37,124 nt of DNA from positions 1 to 37,124 of the forward strand of contig CAWHOE010000040.1 of the NCBI GenBank assembly GCA_963830915.1, written 5' to 3'. The translations under genes and the position numbers were made by a program. This stretch comes from a candidate division FCPU426 bacterium (GTDB taxonomy: Bacteria > Oederibacteriota > Muellerivitia > Muellerivitales > Muellerivitaceae). This document shows positions 1-7,133 of the stretch, in pieces (the stretch's first letter is position 1; each line of letters starts with the position of its first letter). The notes under the pieces are model-generated. The model was not told the origin of the DNA. It made no database searches and saw only the letters and a list, made by a program, of their open reading frames with translations.

Positions 1-76
1 TGATTTTCTTGACCATGCCTCTAATCTTGAATCGTTGGTGTTGGACCCAGTCATTGATTTCAATTAATTCGGCCAT
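1..76 (-). CDS. hypothetical protein, N-terminal part (runs off window)
   Basis: ATG at 76 reads MAELIEINDWVQHQRFKIRGMVKKI, open to the window edge, same strand as the operon. Confidence 0.4.
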   Translation of the reverse strand, partial: MAELIEINDWVQHQRFKIRGMVKKI

Positions 77-258
77 AATTAAGACCTGTTTAATGCCGTT
101 CAATTTAGTTATTTTATCCAACCCGGTGGGTTGTTATGCGGAAGAAAGCCTACCGGCTTGGAAGGAATTTTGCGACATCCCGAAATAAAAAAGGGATAGC
201 CCTCGGAGCCATCCCCTGAAGTACCAATTTATCAGTTTAAAATCTATTTCCAAAGCGT

Positions 259-303
259 CGCCACCTTTGGTCACGAAGCCACACCGGCAAAGGTGGCGGT
301 TGG
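259..303 (-). repeat. intergenic hairpin motif, copy 1
   Basis: Perfect 11-bp stem CGCCACCTTTG/CAAAGGTGGCG around loop GTCACGAAGCCACACCGG; homologous to 658-702. Confidence 0.75.
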
Positions 304-311
304 CCTCCTTT

Positions 312-641
312 TTAGATTTCCAGTTCCCTAGACTTCCAATCTCCAAAACGGGTTGGCTCGTAGTCCATGTCCCACATGATCGGTACTCCCTGCACTTCAA
401 CGAATGCCATTTCAAGCAAACTGAAATAACCCCATTCCTGGAAATCCCCATCGGTCCAACCGAAGAAAACCCGCTCCTGTGGGTCGTATTCCACGGCAAA
501 CCAGCTTGACCGGGACAAAGGATGATAAAATCGCATGAGTAGAAGATGGTTCTCTAAGTCTTGCCTTTCGGTTGAGTAAAGGGACGGCATTTTAGATAAG
601 ACCTCGGGCCTGTCCAAAAGTTCTTCGATGGGCCTAAACAT
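312..641 (-). CDS. DUF2958 family protein
   Basis: 109 aa with MPSLYSTE...RFYHP...WFAVEYDP...FFGW...EWGYFSLLEM...WDMDYEP pattern typical of DUF2958; GGAGG RBS. Confidence 0.8.
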   Translation of the reverse strand: MFRPIEELLDRPEVLSKMPSLYSTERQDLENHLLLMRFYHPLSRSSWFAVEYDPQERVFFGWTDGDFQEWGYFSLLEMAFVEVQGVPIMWDMDYEPTRFGDWKSRELEI

Positions 642-657
642 AAATTCCTCCTTTGCG

Positions 658-702
658 CCACCACCGGGGTCACGAAGGCAACACCGGCCCGGTGGCGGTT
701 GG
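658..702 (-). repeat. intergenic hairpin motif, copy 2
   Basis: Stem CCACCGGG/CCCGGTGG around loop GTCACGAAGGCAACACCGG; same loop and GGTGGCGGTTGG flank as copy 1, different stem sequence. Confidence 0.75.
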
Positions 703-716
703 TTCCCATATTTTCC

Positions 717-959
717 CTATCGAACCTGGGCCTTTGAGTCCGCGAAAACCTCCGCTTCCTCCGGTGTCATTCCAGCTTCCATCGCCTTCTGGATGACGGC
801 CTGTCGGCGGGCCTCCTTCTTGGGTAAAGACCCGCTAAAAGTTATAGCGCTCTTATTCCCGAAATAAACCTTGGTTACAATCCGCTGTTGGTATCCACGA
901 ATAAAAACGGATTCATAAAGAACTTTTTTGATTCCTGGAATTTCGATGTTTAACTCCAT
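717..959 (-). CDS. hypothetical protein
   Basis: 80-aa ORF with AAGGAG RBS, 3 bp from the upstream gene. Confidence 0.65.
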   Translation of the reverse strand: MELNIEIPGIKKVLYESVFIRGYQQRIVTKVYFGNKSAITFSGSLPKKEARRQAVIQKAMEAGMTPEEAEVFADSKAQVR

Positions 960-962
960 GGC

Positions 963-1181
963 CTAATCTCCTTTCCGAATTTCATCCCCTTGATCCGGAT
1001 CGCAATCCGGGCAAATCTTCCCCAAATCCTGAACCCGGACGTACATCCGCGCCCCACAAACCCGGCAAAAGGAGTAAAAGTAATAGGGCGTCTCAAAACC
1101 CATCTTCTCCGGCCTTTTGCTTTGCTTGGTTCCCTGCCTCATGCTGTCCCCCTTCCTGTTTCCCCTGGTTTGGTTTTCCAT
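963..1181 (-). CDS. small putative Zn-ribbon protein
   Basis: CRVC...CPDC motif; GGAGGGAG RBS (alternative start at 1142). Confidence 0.6.
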   Translation of the reverse strand: MENQTRGNRKGDSMRQGTKQSKRPEKMGFETPYYFYSFCRVCGARMYVRVQDLGKICPDCDPDQGDEIRKGD

Positions 1182-1199
1182 GGCTCCCTCCTTGGTCCG

Positions 1200-1388
1200 T
1201 TAAGGACCATCCGTAAATTCCTTTACGACTCTCAGGTAATTGCCCATCACGGCCTGGAAGTAAGGGGAGCATGAAATTTTCCCGCAAGCGGCCAAGGGCT
1301 CCTCCCCCGGATTCTCCTTTTTGAATTCCCGGATTTTCTCTTCGGTGACCTCCAATTCCGTCCCACAAACCCAACAATTCATTTTCAT
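1200..1388 (-). CDS. small cysteine-rich hypothetical protein
   Basis: CWVC...CGKISC; AAAGGAG RBS before ATG at 1388. Confidence 0.6.
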   Translation of the reverse strand: MKMNCWVCGTELEVTEEKIREFKKENPGEEPLAACGKISCSPYFQAVMGNYLRVVKEFTDGP

Positions 1389-1402
1389 TTCTAAATCTCC
1401 TT

Positions 1403-1879
1403 TCAAAGAAGTCCCGCATGGCGGAAAGAAAAATGTCCCTCATGGGCGACGATCAAATGGTCATGAACGGTCACCCCCAAAGCCTTGGCGGCGGTCGAAA
1501 CCTGCCGGGTTAGGGCCCGGTCCCCCTCGGAGGGTTCCAGGCTCCCCCCTGGATGGTTATGCGCCAAAATCACGCCCGAGGCTTTTAGCTCCAGGGCGCG
1601 GCGGCATATCTCGCGGGGATAAACGGCGGTATGGTCCACGGTTCCCTCCCCTTCCAGCACCACGTCCAAAATGTGGTTGCGGTGGTCCAGGTACATGCAA
1701 AGGAAAGCCTCGTTGGATTTCCCCCCGATGAACCTTTTGAAGTAACCTGCCGCATCCTCCGGGTCGCCCACGACCGGCCCCCGCTTGTAAGTTTCACGCG
1801 CCTCCGCCCACGATGTGGGCGGAACGGTCGGCGCGGGGAAAGCATCTAGGTTGAATCTCATGACAAGTTGCCTTTTCAT
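1403..1879 (-). CDS. radC: RadC-like JAB domain protein
   Basis: EAFLCMYLD, GTVDHTAVYPREI, ILAHNHPGGSLEPSEGD and HDHLIV motifs; short JAB-only form typical of mobile elements. Confidence 0.92.
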   Translation of the reverse strand: MKRQLVMRFNLDAFPAPTVPPTSWAEARETYKRGPVVGDPEDAAGYFKRFIGGKSNEAFLCMYLDHRNHILDVVLEGEGTVDHTAVYPREICRRALELKASGVILAHNHPGGSLEPSEGDRALTRQVSTAAKALGVTVHDHLIVAHEGHFSFRHAGLL

Positions 1880-1891
1880 GGCGGCCCCCTT

Positions 1892-2799
1892 TCAGGCTAC
1901 CGACTTGTCGGGCGTAGCCTCGACTAAGCCGGATTCAACGAATTCCGTTTTCAAGATGAAGTCCATCGCGGCCTGGGCCTTGGCGGCGGCTGTGAAGATG
2001 GCCCGCTTGTGGTCCTTCAAAACCTGAATCCAGTCCCCGATGTAGTTGGAATGCCGGGTGGCGTAGGGGATTCCCACGGAGGCGCAAAGGAAGGCGGCTC
2101 CCATTTCGGCCACCAGTTCCTCGAAGGCGTAGGCTTGGTCCCCGTAGCGCTTCCCGAATTCCCGGTTCAAGCGGCTCGGGTGGCCCGAATGGTGGACGAC
2201 CTCATGTAGGGCGGTCCCGTAATAGGCCTCCGGGCTCTCGAAGCTCTCCTTCAAGGGCAAGGTTATGAAATCCTTCAGGCGGTCATAAAAGGCCGGTCAA
2301 CGGCGGCGTGGATGATCTCCGCTCCCGAATCCACCAAAATCCCCTCGGCTTCCTCGATGGCCTGGAAGGGCTCGATGGTTTCGGGGTGGGGTTTCAGGTG
2401 GTCCAACCCCTCCACTTGGTCCAGGTTGAAAACCGTATAGGTCCGAAGAACCCAAAAGGATTGTTCCTCAAGCAAGACCTCATCTTCCAGGTTGAGGCTC
2501 TTGGTCTTGGAAAGCTTCTTGTAGAAAACCACGTCGGTCCCCTTCTCGCCCTTCCTGACGTTTCCCTTCAAGGCCTTGGCCTGGTTGAAAGTGATCCAGG
2601 CCGGGGATGAAAACCCCCGCTTATCCTGTTCGGCATAAAGGACAAATACGTTGATTCCCCTGTAGCGCTTCTGGGTGCTGGCGTTCACCGGCAGGGGTAA
2701 GCCCTTCCCGTGTTTCCAGGGTTTCTCCCAGGGTGTGACGCCCTTTTCCAGGTCTTCCAAAATCCGGTTTGTGATTTCCTCGGCGATATTCCTCTTCAT
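1892..2799 (-). CDS. ardC: ArdC-family antirestriction protein (DUF1738 ssDNA-binding + zincin-like domain), one frameshift near 2293
   Basis: N-part PWEKPW, YRGIN, WITFNQA, VRKGEKG, YTVFNLDQ; C-part LHEVVH, YAFEELVAEMGAAFL. Adding one G in GACCGG(G)CC restores ...VDRAFYDRLKDFITLP... and joins ORFs 2275-2799 and 1892-2260. Confidence 0.9.
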
Positions 2800-2818
2800 G
2801 GTTCTGCCTCCTTAGTTT

Positions 2819-3050
2819 TTAAATGAGTGAGATTAATTTTTGTAGGTCCCAAAGCTGGGAAGGTTCCAAGGCGCATCCAATCGCCCCTAAAAATTCGCCC
2901 TCGGTTAGGCCGTCTTTCACGTCCACCATGGAAAGGGTTTCCTGGTCCTGGATTTCGTAGAACCAGAACCCCTGGGAGTCCCTTCCCAAAGTGGATTTCG
3001 TACCTTCCCAAGACCTTGAACTTCATGACCTCAAAAGCTGGATGCGCCAT
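2819..3050 (-). CDS. hypothetical protein, probable +1 frameshift near 2980
   Basis: GGAGGGG RBS, MAHPAFEVMKFKVLGRYEIHFGK; removing one G gives ...DSQGFWFYEIQDQETLSMV...KLISLI* ending just before the ardC RBS. Confidence 0.5.
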
Positions 3051-3059
3051 AACCCCTCC

Positions 3060-3200
3060 TCAAAAGCCCCAACCTTCCTCAAGCTTCCGGATGACCCGGT
3101 CGATCTCCTCATCCGGCACGGGCCAGCTTTGGGCCTTCGGCTCCTCGGCCTGGCTCCCCTCCGGTTTTCTTTCCTGTTTCGTGTCCTGTTCCATTTCCAT
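3060..3200 (-). CDS. 46-aa acidic hypothetical protein (not in ORF track)
   Basis: AAAGGGAG RBS; MEMEQDTKQERKPEGSQAEEPKAQSWPVPDEEIDRVIRKLEEGWGF*; stop abuts the next RBS. Confidence 0.55.
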   Translation of the reverse strand: MEMEQDTKQERKPEGSQAEEPKAQSWPVPDEEIDRVIRKLEEGWGF

Positions 3201-3246
3201 CACTCCCTTTCTTTTCTTAGTTTTTTTTGATGGCTATTCGCCTTTC

Positions 3247-3300
3247 AAAAAACCGCCTTCCACCTCCCCCCCTCAAAAACAGAGGGGGGGAGGGGAAGGC
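3247..3300 (-). terminator. GC-rich hairpin with T-tract in the leader of the ardC operon
   Basis: Stem 3255-3274/3282-3300, followed on the minus strand by GGTTTTTT. Confidence 0.45.
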
Positions 3301-3309
3301 CATAGCGGG

Positions 3310-3485
3310 AGTTTTGGGAGTTCGTGCGGGAAAGCGTCCTGAAACTTCGGGAGGGAAAAACAAAGCAAGGCCACCCTTTACTTTTGTGACAGCCGCGCCT
3401 TTCGGCTGGCGCAAAAGTTGCCGTGCAAGGGTGGCCGTGTGCGAAGGAAAACCGTCATTGGGCCTCGGGACGAACTCCCGAAACT
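3310..3485 (+). promoter_or_regulatory. long nested stem-loop, candidate ssDNA promoter / ssi-like site
   Basis: AGTTTTGGGAGTTCGT...ACGAACTCCCGAAACT enclosing GGCCACCCTT/AAGGGTGGCC, ACTTTTG/CAAAAGT and CAGCCG/CGGCTG; lies upstream of the leading-region genes. Confidence 0.55.
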
Positions 3486-4626
3486 ATCCATCGCCCAATC
3501 ACCTAGAGCGTCGAACGTCTATGTCTGCTTTATGGGTTTACTGCTGAACTTCAGGAAGGAATGACCACTCAAGATCCACCAGGAGACCAAAAACCGCTTC
3601 ACCACCCACCACCACCGAATCCAGGTAACGGTTCTTTTGGGAATCCCCGATACCCGAAGTGCCGGGAGCCTTCGGGTTTTTCGAAGGCGGGGACGAAGTC
3701 CTTTCAAAAATGGGAAACCGAGGGGGTATCACTTTTCTTACCCCGAAATTTTCCATTTTTGAAACGGCCCTGAGGACTCGAACCTCCCATCCATTTATCG
3801 GCGGCGTGCCAGGGCGGCATTTTTAGTTCGCCCAGGCGTGCCGCCGCCTTTGTGGGAGTGCCAATCCGAAAGCCCCCTCCCCGGCATGTAGCCTCCAAAA
3901 TTCCATTCCCCGAAGGGCTCCAATACTTTGGCTGGATAGCATGACGGGGAGGGGGCTTTTGGCTTGGTGGGGTCCCCAAAGGAAAATGGATGGGAAATGA
4001 CAGCTATCACTCCAATCGCCACCTCCGGTTTTAAGGGGCAATCCAAAAGGGGGGTCCTTCCCCGTTTTGGTTAGGGGCTTGGGGGCGAAAGCCACCGGGG
4101 ATAGGGGTGGGCCGGGATGGCCGCGTACTTTGCGGGCATCTTGGCCCAGGGGGAAGGCCCACGAAAAAGGGACGCCGTTCCCCTTTTTCGTTCCCCCTTT
4201 AAACAATCTTCTAAGTCTTGAGTGATGTTCTTCCGGCTGTCTTTTGTGAAGTCTTGCTGACTGTCTTTATACGCTATGTTCCCTACTCCGCCATTGGTAA
4301 CCCCGGCCTTTAAGCGGCTCCCAACCCTGTTGTCCACCAGGTCATAAAGGATGGGGCTTCCTGGTGGTTTTCCAGGAAGCCCCATGTCTTTGATCCTTTG
4401 CTTTGCCTTCACCCCGCCCAATAAATAACCACCACCACATCCACCTGCACCGGTCTGCTTTACCTAGTCCCCCCCTACCCCTGATTCAGTCACAGGCTTT
4501 TACAGCACCACCTTAATTCCCCATAACCACTTCAATCACGTCCTCCCACTTATATTCTCACTGTTGTCTTTCTCTTGTCGTTATCTCTTCATCTACACAT
4601 CAAGTTAAGTTTCTATGGTTCATAAA

Positions 4627-4723
4627 GGTTTTCTCATGCGGAGAGGGCGAACCCCCCTATCGTTTCTAGCATCATCACTTGATGCGTAGATAGGGGGGTT
4701 CGCCATCGGAGCATGAGGAAACC
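4627..4723 (+). other. ~97-nt long hairpin
   Basis: GGTTTTCTCATGC/GCATGAGGAAACC, perfect 16-bp GGCGAACCCCCCTATC/GATAGGGGGGTTCGCC, inner GCATCA/TGATGC. Confidence 0.7.
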
Positions 4724-5032
4724 CGCCTCAAACAATGCTCAAACGCACTTTTTCATGTCCTACTGTAGGACATTTTTTAACCACCCCGACAAGGCCCAAA
4801 GCCTAAAGCCCACAGCCTCCTAGCCGGTCTTCTTGGCGCTGTCCGCTGATTCTTTTTTGTAGTGTTTAAGCCAATTTTTTTAATCTTCTATCTCTTGCTC
4901 TCCTGGATTTTCATGATGGCCAAAGAGGTATCGCTGACCCGCCAAATAGATACCGTTATTGCATTCCAAAATTTTAAAAAAACCGCCTCAAATAATCCTC
5001 AAACTCATTTTTTTATGTCCGCCGTAGGACAT
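4723..5032. repeat. ~51-bp direct repeat pair (4723-4773, 4983-5032), each ending in an ATGTCC..GGACAT palindrome
   Basis: CCGCCTCAAACAATGCTCAAACGCACTTTTTCATGTCCTACTGTAGGACAT vs CCGCCTCAAATAATCCTCAAACTCATTTTTTTATGTCCGCCGTAGGACAT. Confidence 0.8.
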
Positions 5033-5061
5033 CCCCGAGGACATCCCGAAAGCCACCCGAT

Positions 5062-5262
5062 TCAAGGCACGCGGGCGATGGGCAAGTCCCTCAGCCTTGT
5101 CGTGTAGTGCGGGGACTGCCTCCCGAATCTCGTCAGCCACCTTTGATTGATCCCCACCGAGGCCATACGGATGGTCCCCGCCCCTTTGACTTCGTTCAAT
5201 TGGTCGATGGCCAGGATCAAAAACCACCCGAAGAGCGTCTTTTCCGCCTTCACCCATTGCAT
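5062..5262 (-). CDS. hypothetical protein
   Basis: 66-aa ORF with GAGGGGG RBS before ATG; no recognisable motif. Confidence 0.35.
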   Translation of the reverse strand: MQWVKAEKTLFGWFLILAIDQLNEVKGAGTIRMASVGINQRWLTRFGRQSPHYTTRLRDLPIARVP

Positions 5263-5513
5263 TTCCCCCTCTCATGTTCCCCAACACGAAGAAAAACCTT
5301 TGTTTATATGGCCAAACGTTGTCTTATTATACTCGAAAGGAAATTCCATCTGGGAAATCCGGGGTAAAAGGAGGTGGAACGGCCAGGGAAAAAAGGCAGG
5401 CAGAGCGACAAGCTGTCTACGCAACGCTGGAGAAATTCCAACTTGTCGAGAGAACCCGAGGCGGAAAACCTCTCAAGCTGGTACCGAAAATTCGGGAAGA
5501 TATTTTGTGAACA

Positions 5514-5849
5514 CTACAGTGTAGGGTGTCTGTAAAGAGGGTTTTGGGGGTCATATATTTGGTCCAGAAAATTCGTAAGTGCTTGGGTGTTTCTTAGCGG
5601 CAAAGAGATGGCTACAAACATACGTTCGGTCCGCGAATGTGGTCCCACCAAAAGCGCTTGAGCCATGGTTTTTGAACGGTGACCCTGGAGTTTTTGACTG
5701 TCCGCAGCAAATGCACTAAAGGGTGGAAAAATCAGTGAATAAAGGAATGAAGCAAAGAAAATAAAGAAAATACTTTTCCTAAAATGTTTTTTTGGGGCAA
5801 GGGGAGGACAAATTAAAAGGAAAAGTGGCCTACTAACCATTACCAACAC
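5514..5849 (-). pseudogene. truncated S53 (sedolisin/kumamolisin) protease: signal peptide and start of pro-domain only
   Basis: Signal peptide ending SAFA, then VAISLPLRNTQALTNFLDQIYDPQNPLYRH matching the Pro-kumamolisin activation domain; stops abruptly where YLTP is expected. Confidence 0.7.
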
Positions 5850-6120
5850 TCCTAGCGGTAGGGCGACAGGTTATATGATTAATGAAACAAGGTGCTCTAG
5901 TTTAACAAAAGAAATCGAGGTTAATTTATTTGTCTGAACCAAACGTTAAATTGGTAACAACTTTATCTTTTCTTTCAAGGAGATTTTGATTTGAGAATTC
6001 CAATTGTTAATAAAAATGCATTTCAAAACTAGGGGTTTAGTATTTATCCAAGCAAACTTCATCTATTTTCAACACGATAATTCCTTGAAGGTAAAGATCA
6101 TTTACGTTGATTAAATTGCC

Positions 6121-6327
6121 CTAGACCGCCTCCGCCTTCAGCTTTTTCATCCGCTCGGCGTACTCCTTGCGGAGGGTGTCCATCTGGCCCGCGTTCAACT
6201 TCTTCTCCTCGTCCCCAAACAGGCCGGATTGGTTCTGGAATTGGGCCAGCTCCTCTCCCACGGATTTGAGGATGAGGGGGGTCCTAGCGTTGTAGATCGC
6301 GCTTCTCCAAAAGGGTAAATCCTTCAC
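6121..6327 (-). CDS. hypothetical protein
   Basis: 68 aa; GTG start overlaps the SRAP stop (GTGA); similar codon style. Confidence 0.6.
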   Translation of the reverse strand: MKDLPFWRSAIYNARTPLILKSVGEELAQFQNQSGLFGDEEKKLNAGQMDTLRKEYAERMKKLKAEAV

Positions 6328-7106
6328 GATTGCGCCTTCACTTCCTTGATACAGTTTTCGGTGTCGTCAACCCCGACCTTGTTGACCGTCCGGTCTACCG
6401 GCCAGCATTGCATCTTTTCAGCCGGGTAGGGCTTCAAGAGGGGCTTGAGGATTTCCGCATCCTGGACTTTGGGGTCCAGCCAGGTGTCATAGTCCTTGGG
6501 GTCCAGAATGACCGGCAAACGGTCGTGAATCTTTGCCATAAGTTCGTTGGGGTCCGTGGTGATGATCGTACAGGAATCCAGGGCATTACCTTCCTTGAAT
6601 TCCTTCCCCCCCAGTTTGATAGGCCAAGTCACGGGATTTGGCTTCTTGCCCGCCTTCTCGAACTTGAGCAGGTCGCGTGGATCTTCCTCCCACCGGACTT
6701 TCCACGATTCGAACAGACCGGCGCAGACGAAAGGATCATCGTCCTTCATACTGAAATAGTAGGGTTGGGGTGGTTCGACGGAGCGGTTCCATTCGTAAAA
6801 GCCGTCCATGACGACGAGACAGCGCCGCTTGATGAAGGCGTACTTGTAGGAAGCCTTCTCGGTGATGGTATCGGCTCTCGCGTTGGAAGTCATGTATTGG
6901 ATCTTGGGGTTCTTGGCCCAATAGGGGATTAGGCCCCAGATATCCCTCTTGATGATCCTTTCCTTTTTCTCGGTGTCGTACTGGAGGACGGGTATCCGGG
7001 CAGAGGGGGCGATATTGTAATGTTCGTTAAAGGTTTCGAGGATGGCGGCGTTGAACTTCTTGGCGATTTTGGCTGGTTTGGTTTTTAAGGCGAATCTTCC
7101 ACACAT
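6324..7106 (-). CDS. SOS response-associated peptidase (SRAP/YedK/HMCES family)
   Basis: N-terminal MCGRF, YNIAPS, WGLIPYWA, NARADT, RRCLVVMDGFYEW, IHDRLPVIL. Confidence 0.95.
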   Translation of the reverse strand: MCGRFALKTKPAKIAKKFNAAILETFNEHYNIAPSARIPVLQYDTEKKERIIKRDIWGLIPYWAKNPKIQYMTSNARADTITEKASYKYAFIKRRCLVVMDGFYEWNRSVEPPQPYYFSMKDDDPFVCAGLFESWKVRWEEDPRDLLKFEKAGKKPNPVTWPIKLGGKEFKEGNALDSCTIITTDPNELMAKIHDRLPVILDPKDYDTWLDPKVQDAEILKPLLKPYPAEKMQCWPVDRTVNKVGVDDTENCIKEVKAQS

Positions 7107-7133
7107 GGAACACCTGTTTTCTTTTCCGACTTT

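Noticed and set aside
134..253. Possible 39-aa TTG-start ORF after hairpin copy 1
   Set aside because: Weak start with RBS inside the stem and no motif; insufficient support.
1892..2799. Programmed frameshift or true split of ardC
   Set aside because: No slippery heptamer seen; one missing G restores the conserved AFY motif, and similar indels hit ligA.
3762..3792. Minus-strand GGAGGTTCGAGTCCTC resembling a tRNA T-arm or att duplication
   Set aside because: No acceptor, D or anticodon arms can be built, and it does not match the 3' end of the tRNA-Leu.
3200..4900. ORF-track entries in the structured region (e.g. 3227-3547, 3823-4206, 4071-4421)
   Set aside because: Pro/Gly/Arg-rich or motif-free translations without clear RBS; better explained by GC-rich hairpins. 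4071-4421 cannot be fully excluded.
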